From Bacteroidota bacterium (GTDB taxonomy: Bacteria; Bacteroidota; Bacteroidia; NS11-12g; UBA9320), in assembly GCA_013359235.1 (NCBI GenBank), contig JABWCE010000004.1:18931-82930 (forward strand): a stretch of DNA of 64,000 nucleotides. Reading direction: 5' to 3'. Position numbers and translations under genes: made by a program. Positions 29,831-39,393 of this stretch are shown piece by piece (within the stretch, counting starts at the first letter, position 1; every line of letters starts with the position of its first letter). The notes beneath the pieces are model-generated. The model worked only from the letters and a program-made list of their open reading frames with translations. It was not told the origin of the DNA and did not search any database.

Positions 29831-30370
29831 ATGCAGCACTCCGAAAAAAGTAACAAAATACTAATTGAGGGTTGCCTTGCAAAAAATCAAAAGTCACAAA
29901 AAGCGTTATTTGACACATTTGCTCCAACAATGTATGCAATATGTCTTAGGTATTCGGGTAATGCCGACCAAGCCAAAGACCTTTTGCAAGATGGGTTTAT
30001 TAAAGTTTTTACAAAACTTTCGGAATTCAAATTTGAAGGTTCTTTTGAAGGCTGGATGAAAAAAATTTTTATCAACCTCGCTCTCGAATACCTTAGAAAA
30101 GAAAGCAGACAGCCCGATATGATTAATGTTGAAGAAAAAAATGATATTCATTCATCAACATTCAATTTACAAAATATTGATTCTAAAAAAATAATTGAAT
30201 TAATACAAAAGCTGCCTGCCGGATACCGAACAGCAATAAATTTATTTATCATAGAAGGATACAGCCATAAAGAAATTGCCCAAATGCTCGGAATTACAGA
30301 AAGTACTTCAAAATCTCAGCTTTTCAAGGCAAGGCAAATGTTGCAAAAAATGCTAAAAGATAAATTTTAA
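29831..30370 (+). CDS. RNA polymerase ECF-type sigma-70 factor. Start placed at the ATG giving MQHSEKSNKILIEGCL.
   Basis: Region 2 motif (DLLQDGFIKVF) and region 4 helix-turn-helix (YSHKEIAQMLGITESTSKSQLFKARQML). Confidence 0.85.
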   Translation: MQHSEKSNKILIEGCLAKNQKSQKALFDTFAPTMYAICLRYSGNADQAKDLLQDGFIKVFTKLSEFKFEGSFEGWMKKIFINLALEYLRKESRQPDMINVEEKNDIHSSTFNLQNIDSKKIIELIQKLPAGYRTAINLFIIEGYSHKEIAQMLGITESTSKSQLFKARQMLQKMLKDKF

Positions 30371-30378
30371 AAAATAAA

Positions 30379-31263
30379 GTGAAAAAAAACCAAAATATAG
30401 AACAATTCGACTTGCAACTCAAGCAATCACTCGAGAATGTTCAAGTTCCGGTGCCTTCTGGTGTTTGGCAATCGGTTGGTTCGGCTATAGGCACAAATGC
30501 CACTGTAGCTGCAAAAATTTCTTTAGTAAAAATACTTTCACTAAAATATATTGCAACAGCCATTATTTCGGGAGCTATAGCATGGGGTGTTTACGAAAAA
30601 CTAAATAATGAAGAAGAAATAAAGTCATTAACTACCCCAGAAATTAAAAAAGAGGTTACGACAACTAATAACGAACAAATTGAAATTAACAATACAGCAA
30701 ATAGCTCCGAAACTAAAACTAATACAAACTCAAGTAATACAATTTCAAACGATATAAAACAAGTGAATGATACTTTAAAAGAAATTGCTGTGAAACATGA
30801 AGTTTATAAAACCGATACTTCAAAACAATTTCCTGAAAAAAACAAAATAATTATCAAAAAAGAAATCATCAACACAACTACACAAGAAACTGAAAAGAAA
30901 TATTCAAATCCCGAAAAAGAACTCGAAAAAAATAATGAAAATGAGGAAAAAGGTGATGTAGCAATTCAAAAAAACTACTCTTCAGAAAACATTATAATAC
31001 CCAATGCCTTTACGCCCTACGAAATTGACGGATTTAATGATTGCTACAGAATATTGATAGAAAACGAAACAAGTTTTGTTTTACAGATTTTTGACAGCAA
31101 CCGTAAAATAGTTTTTGAAACTACAGATAAAAACAAATGTTGGGACGGGAAAAATATGAATACCGGCGAATTGTGCCCCAAAGGTGCGTATTCATTCAGG
31201 TTGAATTACCAATTGAATACAGGTTATAAAAAAACCGAGAGAGGGTTAATAAATTTATTTTAA
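30379..31263 (+). CDS. anti-sigma-like single-pass membrane protein with a C-terminal type-B T9SS ('gliding motility-associated C-terminal', CHU_C) domain; GTG start
   Basis: The N-terminus FDLQLKQSLENVQVPVPSGVWQSV is typical of Bacteroidetes anti-sigma genes that follow ECF sigmas. It has one TM helix and a T/N/S-rich linker. The C-terminus IIIPNAFTPYEIDGFNDCYRI...CPKGAYSFRLNYQ matches the C-terminal domain of the downstream giant protein. Confidence 0.55.
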   Translation: MKKNQNIEQFDLQLKQSLENVQVPVPSGVWQSVGSAIGTNATVAAKISLVKILSLKYIATAIISGAIAWGVYEKLNNEEEIKSLTTPEIKKEVTTTNNEQIEINNTANSSETKTNTNSSNTISNDIKQVNDTLKEIAVKHEVYKTDTSKQFPEKNKIIIKKEIINTTTQETEKKYSNPEKELEKNNENEEKGDVAIQKNYSSENIIIPNAFTPYEIDGFNDCYRILIENETSFVLQIFDSNRKIVFETTDKNKCWDGKNMNTGELCPKGAYSFRLNYQLNTGYKKTERGLINLF

Positions 31264-31347
31264 AACAAATATTGAAAGTTAAAATATAAAATAGTAAAAT
31301 AGCGGACTAATTTAAAAAAGTCCTTTTTTAAATAAAAAAATAAGATT

Positions 31348-34300
31348 ATGAGACACAAATTTACATTCTCAACATTGACCAAAGCATTATTGGTAGTGCT
31401 TTTGGCTTTAATTTCAAAAGTTGGTTTTTCGCAAGGTTGCGACCCCAAATGGGACAGAATTAAAAGTTCTAATTGCGAAAATTCACCAATTCAGTTTTAT
31501 TCTAACGCACCCGGGCTTACCTCTTATGAGTGGGATTTTGGCGATGGATTTAAAACTGGCGTAGGTACAACATCAGCATTTCGCGACCCCGTACACTCTT
31601 ACACCTCAGCAGGGCTGTACACTGTAACTTTTAAAGGTACAGGTCCGGGCGGCACATCGTGTACCGATACCGTAATGATAATGATAAAGGAAAGCCCTAA
31701 GGTGAAAACCAAAGCTCTCACTCCTTTAGCACAATGCTTTTTGGGAAACAAATTTTGTTTTGTCGATAGCTCAAAAGCATCAAAAGGCAGTAAATTGCTT
31801 TCGATAAAATATCTATTTAGCGATGGTGCGTTGTACACATTAAACGACCCTAAAGGTGGTGATACAATTTGTCATTCAGTAATTGATCCAAACGGAGGTT
31901 ATTTTGATTTGACTATCGAAGCAGAAGATTACAACGGCTGTATCACAAAAACATTTTATGCAAAACTTATAAGAGTTTATCCTAAATTAGGAGTGAAATT
32001 TACCTCCGTAGGTCCGCATAAATGTAATAAAACAACTGCAACCATTACAAACCTTACTGATACATTTACAAAACTTAAAGACATTGCATTTTTCAAATGG
32101 GATTTTGGAGATCCGGGTGGAAACAGCAATATTATAATTGGCGACTCAGTTACCAATACTCAATTTTGGAGAGGACCCACAGGCAATGGAGTTTTTACAC
32201 ATGAATACGATGCAACAGGTAAAAAAAGCGGAACTTATGTTTATAATGGTTCATTAACCGTTACTACAAAATACGGCTGTACTGAAATGTTTAAATTCAG
32301 CGCTGCTGCAACTATATCTACCTTAAAACCAAAAATAATAATAGATCCTGATTCTTCGTGTGTAAGCGAATCTGAAGTTAAATTTAGCCTTGAAGACGGT
32401 CCAATAGCCAATGCTAAATTTTTATGGAATTTTGGAGATCCTCCAAGTGGGGCTCTTAATACAAATGATAAAGAGTGGACACCTTCGCATAGCTATGGTC
32501 TTGGTCCATGGATGGCATCTATAAGAATAATTGTTGGTCCATGTGATGTAACTACTACAACCAGTACATCAAACCCCATATTAAAAATAGGTCCAGCATC
32601 TACTATTGAAGTTCCATTTAACAGGGTACCAGAAGATGAAAAATATCAATGTGTGATAAGAGATTCGGTTCATTTTCCTAATAACTCAAAGTTTTACCAC
32701 AATGACCCATATCCTGTATTTGAAGATAGTTCTATGGTTAACAGATATTTCAAACTTGAGAGTGGTAGAAAAGTAGGCTATTATGAGCTACCGATAACAC
32801 TTGACACAATACAACCTTATGGCACTTACAAAGCAAAACAAGGAATAACTACAAGAATTTACCTTGAAAAAGATACTTTAGAAACTTTAACTCAAACACT
32901 ACATGCACCAGATAGTATTTATTTTTATGTTAATGGTAAAAAAGTTAAAAAACCTGTAAACAACCCTGTAATTTCGGGGAAAGACACAGTTTGGATTACA
33001 AAAGTGAAAGATTATGTATTTAAATGGCCAGGTGACCAAACCGCAATAAACTCTAAATTTCCACCTGCTACACAAAGGCATAAAGACCACGCAATAAGAT
33101 TATGGTCATTTGGCGATAATTATGCTCCTCGTTGTACCACAGATACTAAGAAAAATAAAAACGTAGGTTTAAATTGTAACTTTACTATGGACTCGTTGCC
33201 GGTACACTGGTACACACCATGGGATGAAATTTATAAATATTACAATAACTCTCAGTTTTATTCTACACCTGCACAAAAAACGGTATTGTGCAAAAATGGA
33301 AGATTCTGCTATAAAATAAGTTTTTATCCTAAAGATACATTAAATGTACCTGATGATACTCTTATAATTGTTCCAAAAGACTCAACATATATTTTTGCAG
33401 GAGATACTATAAAACCTAGTACAAAAGAAATAATGACAGGTTTTTACCGTATAAAGAAAGTACCATCAAAATTAAAAGGGCTTGCTACTTATACAGCTAC
33501 ACTTAGCGAAGAGAAATGGACATTCTTTACAACAAAATCTATACTTGTAAAAAATATTACAACAGGTACTAAATCGTTGTTTACATCAGGAACAAAAACT
33601 CTTAAAAAAGGAGACCAATTTGAGCTTAAACCCGGTGATTCTGCCATTTCAATTTCACAATATGTAATTACAAAAGGCAAAAAAGTGGTAGCACAAAAAA
33701 GTACAGTTTATCTTGATACCATAATTGGTGGCAGAGATACATTTATTCAGACTTCAAGGGTATATATCGATTCAGCTTTCCATCGTGAAAATTTCTACCT
33801 TAAAAATGCCCAATGTAATTCTGTAACATTATATCATGAAGATACTGTACATACGTTGCGTTGTAAGAGCACATCTAATGTTTCGTTAGCATTGTTACCT
33901 CCCAACGGCAAAGGTTTGAAATTTAAAGGTATTAAATGTTATGCTCCTCCAAGCCCACCTTATGGTATGGAGTTTGACGTAGGAGAAACAAAACCAGGTT
34001 GCACACAAAGATTATTAAAATTCAATTTTGACTCTGCAGGAGGAAAAAATAATTGGGTAACTCACGGTGGATTTTTGCCTCCTCCACTACCAGGTATGCC
34101 TCCTTGGCACATGGGATATCAATTGTCAGGAGCCTATCCTACAAAATTTGTAAAAGCATATACTGCAGGTAGCTTAACTAATAAAAACCCGGGATGGGTA
34201 ACAGTAGGGGTAATAATAGGAAATGGTCGTTGGCTTGATAAAAATGCACCACTTGACAGTATTGAATGTATTGATACAACTTGGTACCACAATGCATTCC

Positions 34301-36861
34301 GTTATCTGTATTTAGATTCAAGATTTACAGTAATTCAGCCCGAAAAAGACCAAAAGAGAGTATGCGTAGGCGATACTATTACATTTATGCTAACCGACCC
34401 GATTATGGATAGTGTTACCCAACTTGTATGGAACTGGAACGATAAAATAGGAACTTACTACGAAGAAAGATTTTACTATTACAAGCCGTATAAAGGTCCA
34501 AGCCCTACCAGAAATGACAAGGATATAAAATGGAATAAAACCGATAAGTGGCTTTATAATTATGTAATAAGAATTAATTATGACGGAGTAAAAGATAATG
34601 TAATAGATACTTTAGTTACAGGTATAATAAGAAAATGGTCAGTTGGCTTGAATATGGAAAGAGCCGGAGAGGCACTTAAAAAAGCATTTGAAGCATTAGG
34701 ACTTAACATGAGTGAAATACCGGCAACAGAAATACCATATTATTTTGGAAATGGAACAGGTTTTGGTTGTATAGACACTACCGGGCTTGGTGATATGATA
34801 TCATTAGGTATTGCCCCATATAGAGATGAACTTACATTTAGAAGAGGTACAACATGGTACAGATATACCGATTACACTAAAAAAGATTCTACAATCATAT
34901 CTCAAAAACTACATTTCCGCGATAGCTCAATGATTGGTTTTGATACCTTAAAACAAGCAAATCCAAACAAATATTCTAATTTAAAAGTTACTCCCGGCGT
35001 ATATCGCCATGTTTACCACAGTCCTAATAGATATTTCCCATCTTTAACACTAAGAAATACCGAAGGATGTATTCAACCTAGAAATAAAGAAGTAGATGTA
35101 GGATTTGATTGGATTTGGACTTTTTCTGATTCAATAATTTGTCATGGAAATACCGAAATAGAACTTAAAGAGCAAATCAGATATTATGCGTATGAAGATC
35201 CATTTATATGGTTAGATCCAAGAGCATGGTGGGAAGAATCAAAAAGATTTATCACACAACGCGAAACTAAAAAAATAGATTTCAACGAGCATGACGATTC
35301 AATAGGTGCAAACAAATTTAATGTTACAGGTATTGGAGTTCCTCCATTCAGGTGGCATTATGACGACCCAGGTATTTATACTATACGTATTGCCATGAAA
35401 GACAGTACAGGATGTGTAGATACAGCAAGGCAAAAAGTATGGGTTACTGGCGTAAAAGCCGGGTTTAAGATACTTAATCCAACATTAGGTTGCAAAAATA
35501 TAGTTTCATTCCAGGATTCATCAATAATGATAGACCCATGCATTGCCGACCAAGGTAAACCATGCGACAATATAGTAGAATACACATGGGATTTTGGTGA
35601 TGGAAAACAAAAGAGCAAATTAAAAAATCCATCACACGACTATACACAAAACGGATGGTTTACTATCAGACTAAAAGTTAAAACAAAACTCGGCTGCGAA
35701 GACAGTACCAGCTTAAAACTGTTTATTGCAGGTCCTCAGCCTTTGTTTAACCCTGTAAGCGATACAGTAGTGTGTGTGGGCGATACAATTATGTTTAACA
35801 ACTTGAGTCTTGACCCAATTTATAATCCCGTTTGGGAATGGAATTTTGGCGATGGCAAAGTATTATCAGATACCGCCAGAAGAACAGTTGGTCATCGTTA
35901 CACAAAAGAAGGCATCTACGAAGTTTATTTAACACAGCATGATTATATTAAAGGAACTTCTATACGTTGTTCTGCAATATATCCTGACACCAGCTCTGAT
36001 TTAGTAACAAAACTAAAGAGAATTGTAAGAGTTAAACCCAAAGCACCTGCTGACTTTAGCATTGCACCACGTGATACAATTTGCATAAATTCAGTTGCTT
36101 CATATACAAATTCAAATACAGATACAATTTATACAAGATTTATATGGAGATTTGGTGATGGCGATACTGTAAGCACAACATCTACAAGTGCCAGTCATAC
36201 ATACAATAAAGTTGGAACGTTCAATGTTACCTTAATTCCAGACTACGATTTACCTGTTGGAGAATTTAGAAAATGCCTTGATACAACAAAGAAAGTAATA
36301 AATGTTGTAGATGTAAAAGCAGATTTTGATATTGATTCGTCAAAAGCCCCTCAATTCTGTTTCTCAAACAAATCAATAGGAGCTACAACATACGAATGGA
36401 CTTTTGAAAACATACCAACTGATGGTTTTTCTTCAGACAAAGACCCATGCTATACATGGACAGATACAGGATGTTATAAAGTGAAACTTGTAGCTATAAA
36501 TGGAATTGGTTGCCGTGATTCTATTATTAAACCTTTGTGCTACAAATACGTTTCTAAATTTATTCCTTACAACGTATTTACACCGGAGCCAAAAGATGGA
36601 GTTAACGATGAGTTCAGAGTAAATGCAGTTGGTCTTGAAGAATTTGATATTGTTATTTACAATCGTTGGGGTGAGCTTGTGTTCGAAAGCAAAGACCAAA
36701 ATTTCAGATGGAATGGTAAAGTGAAAAATGATGGAGCCGAGTGTCCTGAAGGTACTTACTTTTATATTATAAATTATAAAGTTAAAAACCAGGGATTGAA
36801 TGGAGGCAAAGGCAAAGACCATCCAGTAAGTGGTACAGTTACACTTATAAGAGGAAAATAA
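31348..36861 (+). CDS. giant (1837 aa) secreted PKD-repeat adhesin-like protein with a type-B T9SS C-terminal domain
   Basis: Signal peptide. At least eight PKD-like repeats with W(D/N)FGDG motifs. C-terminus IPYNVFTPEPKDGVNDEFRVNAVGLEEFDIVIYNRWGELVFES...CPEGTYFYIINY matches the gliding-motility C-terminal domain. Confidence 0.8.
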   Translation: MRHKFTFSTLTKALLVVLLALISKVGFSQGCDPKWDRIKSSNCENSPIQFYSNAPGLTSYEWDFGDGFKTGVGTTSAFRDPVHSYTSAGLYTVTFKGTGPGGTSCTDTVMIMIKESPKVKTKALTPLAQCFLGNKFCFVDSSKASKGSKLLSIKYLFSDGALYTLNDPKGGDTICHSVIDPNGGYFDLTIEAEDYNGCITKTFYAKLIRVYPKLGVKFTSVGPHKCNKTTATITNLTDTFTKLKDIAFFKWDFGDPGGNSNIIIGDSVTNTQFWRGPTGNGVFTHEYDATGKKSGTYVYNGSLTVTTKYGCTEMFKFSAAATISTLKPKIIIDPDSSCVSESEVKFSLEDGPIANAKFLWNFGDPPSGALNTNDKEWTPSHSYGLGPWMASIRIIVGPCDVTTTTSTSNPILKIGPASTIEVPFNRVPEDEKYQCVIRDSVHFPNNSKFYHNDPYPVFEDSSMVNRYFKLESGRKVGYYELPITLDTIQPYGTYKAKQGITTRIYLEKDTLETLTQTLHAPDSIYFYVNGKKVKKPVNNPVISGKDTVWITKVKDYVFKWPGDQTAINSKFPPATQRHKDHAIRLWSFGDNYAPRCTTDTKKNKNVGLNCNFTMDSLPVHWYTPWDEIYKYYNNSQFYSTPAQKTVLCKNGRFCYKISFYPKDTLNVPDDTLIIVPKDSTYIFAGDTIKPSTKEIMTGFYRIKKVPSKLKGLATYTATLSEEKWTFFTTKSILVKNITTGTKSLFTSGTKTLKKGDQFELKPGDSAISISQYVITKGKKVVAQKSTVYLDTIIGGRDTFIQTSRVYIDSAFHRENFYLKNAQCNSVTLYHEDTVHTLRCKSTSNVSLALLPPNGKGLKFKGIKCYAPPSPPYGMEFDVGETKPGCTQRLLKFNFDSAGGKNNWVTHGGFLPPPLPGMPPWHMGYQLSGAYPTKFVKAYTAGSLTNKNPGWVTVGVIIGNGRWLDKNAPLDSIECIDTTWYHNAFRYLYLDSRFTVIQPEKDQKRVCVGDTITFMLTDPIMDSVTQLVWNWNDKIGTYYEERFYYYKPYKGPSPTRNDKDIKWNKTDKWLYNYVIRINYDGVKDNVIDTLVTGIIRKWSVGLNMERAGEALKKAFEALGLNMSEIPATEIPYYFGNGTGFGCIDTTGLGDMISLGIAPYRDELTFRRGTTWYRYTDYTKKDSTIISQKLHFRDSSMIGFDTLKQANPNKYSNLKVTPGVYRHVYHSPNRYFPSLTLRNTEGCIQPRNKEVDVGFDWIWTFSDSIICHGNTEIELKEQIRYYAYEDPFIWLDPRAWWEESKRFITQRETKKIDFNEHDDSIGANKFNVTGIGVPPFRWHYDDPGIYTIRIAMKDSTGCVDTARQKVWVTGVKAGFKILNPTLGCKNIVSFQDSSIMIDPCIADQGKPCDNIVEYTWDFGDGKQKSKLKNPSHDYTQNGWFTIRLKVKTKLGCEDSTSLKLFIAGPQPLFNPVSDTVVCVGDTIMFNNLSLDPIYNPVWEWNFGDGKVLSDTARRTVGHRYTKEGIYEVYLTQHDYIKGTSIRCSAIYPDTSSDLVTKLKRIVRVKPKAPADFSIAPRDTICINSVASYTNSNTDTIYTRFIWRFGDGDTVSTTSTSASHTYNKVGTFNVTLIPDYDLPVGEFRKCLDTTKKVINVVDVKADFDIDSSKAPQFCFSNKSIGATTYEWTFENIPTDGFSSDKDPCYTWTDTGCYKVKLVAINGIGCRDSIIKPLCYKYVSKFIPYNVFTPEPKDGVNDEFRVNAVGLEEFDIVIYNRWGELVFESKDQNFRWNGKVKNDGAECPEGTYFYIINYKVKNQGLNGGKGKDHPVSGTVTLIRGK

Positions 36862-36880
36862 TAATATATCATTGCAAAGC

Positions 36881-36915
36881 AAAAAGCCCGGGAATTAATA
36901 ACTTCCGGGCTTTTT
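36881..36915 (+). terminator. strong intrinsic terminator after the giant adhesin gene
   Basis: AAAAAGCCCGGGAA-ttaataac-TTCCGGGCTTTTT. Confidence 0.75.
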
Positions 36916-36977
36916 CTATTTTTATTAAAAAGGAAAATTGAAATATTTTTATCTTTATCTTAACTTTGAAACTTAAT

Positions 36978-37973
36978 ATGAAAGCAATTATACCTGTAGC
37001 GGGAATTGGGAGCAGACTAAGGCCACATACACATACACAGCCAAAATCACTTATACCTGTAGCCGGTAAACCAATTTTAGCTCATATAGTTGATAGCCTT
37101 ATTAAAGAACAAATAGATGAATTTGTATTTATTATAGGGTACCTTGGCGATAAAATTGAAAAATATATTAAAACCACTTATCCGCAGGTTACTTCACATT
37201 TTGTAGTACAGGCAGATGGTAAAGGAACCGGTCATGCTTTATGGCTTGCACAAGAACTGTTTAATGATGGCAAACCAATAATAATTGTATTTGGAGATAC
37301 AATAGTACAGGCAGATTTGAAAAAAATACTTAACTCCGAAAAAACTCTTCTTGGGGTAAAACGTGTAAATGACCCACGCTATTTCGGAGTAGCAGAAATT
37401 GATGACGATGGATTAATAACACGGCTTATAGAAAAACCAAATATTCCCAAATCAAATCAGGCACTTGTAGGTATTTATAAAATATGCGAAACAAAACAAC
37501 TTGTAGATGCCCTCAACTACAATATTGAACATGAAGTGATTTCGAGAGGTGAATATCAACTAACCGATGCTCTTATGCGAATGATTGAAAATGGTGTGAA
37601 AATGTACTCTTATAATGTTGAAGCATGGTTTGATTGTGGCAAAAAAGATATTTTACTCAAAACAAATGCTATATTACTTAAAAGCAACAATTATAAAAAA
37701 GCTAATATTAACGATTATTCAAATTCAATAATAATCGAACCTGTATTTATTGGAAAAAACTCTCAAATTTCTAACTCAATTATAGGACCTAATGTATCAA
37801 TTGGCGATGATGTTATATTAAACTATTCAATTATTAAAAATTCTATAATTGGTCCATATTCGCATCTCGAAAATGCAAACCTCGATAATAGCATTATAGG
37901 CAACGATGCCAGCTTGCGTGGGCTTTCTCTTACACTAAACCTCGGCGATAGTACCGAAATTAATTTCGGATGA
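36978..37973 (+). CDS. sugar-phosphate nucleotidyltransferase with a C-terminal hexapeptide (LbH) domain
   Basis: The N-terminus KAIIPVAGIGSRLRPHT...KPILAHIV matches the NTP_transferase G-x-G-x-R motif. The C-terminus shows an I/V/L-G hexapeptide periodicity. Confidence 0.7.
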   Translation: MKAIIPVAGIGSRLRPHTHTQPKSLIPVAGKPILAHIVDSLIKEQIDEFVFIIGYLGDKIEKYIKTTYPQVTSHFVVQADGKGTGHALWLAQELFNDGKPIIIVFGDTIVQADLKKILNSEKTLLGVKRVNDPRYFGVAEIDDDGLITRLIEKPNIPKSNQALVGIYKICETKQLVDALNYNIEHEVISRGEYQLTDALMRMIENGVKMYSYNVEAWFDCGKKDILLKTNAILLKSNNYKKANINDYSNSIIIEPVFIGKNSQISNSIIGPNVSIGDDVILNYSIIKNSIIGPYSHLENANLDNSIIGNDASLRGLSLTLNLGDSTEINFG

Positions 37974-38482
37974 TTTTGATAAATAAATATAGAAGGTTGA
38001 AAGATTTAAAAGCATTTATTACAGTTATTGGTATCATTCTTTTTCATTCGCAAGTTGATGCTCAAATTATACAACCTTGCATAGATTCGATGAGAATAAA
38101 TAAATACTTTCAGTGCTATGCCCCATTTATGCCTGTTTGCGGATGCAATAATGTTACTTACAGAAACGATTGCGAATCGTACAATGTTTATGGTGTAAAC
38201 ATAATAAATAGCGTAGGAGTTTGCAAAAATGATATGTTTTATCTTGATTTTTATCCAAATCCATGCACAGAAAACCTTAACATTTCAGTTGAATTTTATG
38301 AACAAGGAAACCTGTCAGTTCAGATTTTTGACACTTACGGAAAACTAATGTTTTATTCACATCGTGGCATGACCAAGCGATACGATGACCTGATAAGTGT
38401 AGGTGGTTTCAAAGCCGGTTTATATGTCATAATTGTAATCAGCGGTGATGTAATGAAAGCAAAAAAACTAATGGTAAAATGA
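37970..38482 (+). CDS. secreted Kazal-type serine-protease-inhibitor domain protein with a T9SS type-A C-terminal sorting domain
   Basis: Signal peptide. Kazal signature CYAPFMPVCGCNNVTYRNDCESY...C. A T9SS C-terminal domain (FYPNPCTENLNISVEF...GLYVIIVISGDVMKAKKLMVK). The ATGA start/stop overlap with the upstream gene is at 37970-37973. Confidence 0.65.
   Translation: MILINKYRRLKDLKAFITVIGIILFHSQVDAQIIQPCIDSMRINKYFQCYAPFMPVCGCNNVTYRNDCESYNVYGVNIINSVGVCKNDMFYLDFYPNPCTENLNISVEFYEQGNLSVQIFDTYGKLMFYSHRGMTKRYDDLISVGGFKAGLYVIIVISGDVMKAKKLMVK
38078..38224 (+). other. Kazal-like domain (approximate bounds)
   Basis: PVCGCNNVTYRNDCE matches the PVCG-x-DG-x-TY-x-N-x-C Kazal core, flanked by cysteines. 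Confidence 0.55.
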
Positions 38483-39321
38483 GATTAAAAGTAATAAATA
38501 CCGGAAATTTTAAGCTTGATGGTGGTGCAATGTTTGGAGTATTGCCAAAGGTTATATGGAACAAATTAAATCCTGCTGACCAAAACAATCTTTGTAACTG
38601 GGCAATGAGATGCTTATTGATTGAAGATGGCAACCGTCTTTTGCTTGTAGATACAGGAATAGGAAATAAACAAAGCGAAAAATTTTTCAGCTATTATTAC
38701 CTTAATGGTGATGATAGTTTAAGAAAATCTTTAAACAAATGTGGAATTGATTTTAATGATATTACAGATGTAATTTTAACTCATCTGCACTTTGACCATT
38801 GTGGCGGAGCTGTAAATTACAATATTGAGAAAAACATATTTTATCCTGCATTTTCTAAAGCAAAATACTGGATACATCAAAACCATTGGAAACATGCACA
38901 AAATTCAAATGCACGGGAGAAAGCTTCGTTTCTAAATGAAAATTTTTTACCAATAGAACAGAACGGACAGCTTGAATTTTTGACTGATGATATGAATATT
39001 ACCGAAAACATATCTTTTTTTACGGTAGATGGACATACCGAAAAAATGATTTGCCCAATAATTAACAAAGGCAATAAAAAGTTAGTTTATATGGCAGATT
39101 TAATACCATCGGCAGCACATATCCCAATAAACAGAGTAATGGCTTATGATATCCGACCACTTGAAACGATGGCAGAAAAAGAAAAATTTTTATCAAAAGC
39201 AGCCGAAGACAATTACATTTTGTTTTTTGAACACGATATTTTGACTGAATGTGCTACAATTCAAAAAACAGAGAAAGGTTTTAAAGAAACAGCCGTTGGC
39301 AAACTTTCTGATTTTATTTAA
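38479..39321 (+). CDS. MBL-fold metallo-hydrolase
   Basis: HLHFDHCGG metal-binding motif. Its start overlaps the upstream stop. Confidence 0.8.
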   Translation: MRLKVINTGNFKLDGGAMFGVLPKVIWNKLNPADQNNLCNWAMRCLLIEDGNRLLLVDTGIGNKQSEKFFSYYYLNGDDSLRKSLNKCGIDFNDITDVILTHLHFDHCGGAVNYNIEKNIFYPAFSKAKYWIHQNHWKHAQNSNAREKASFLNENFLPIEQNGQLEFLTDDMNITENISFFTVDGHTEKMICPIINKGNKKLVYMADLIPSAAHIPINRVMAYDIRPLETMAEKEKFLSKAAEDNYILFFEHDILTECATIQKTEKGFKETAVGKLSDFI

Positions 39322-39393
39322 GACTATACGAATACCGAAAAATTAATATTAAAAATTGTTGAATTCAATTCGCCCGAGCAAAGAAAATCTTTA

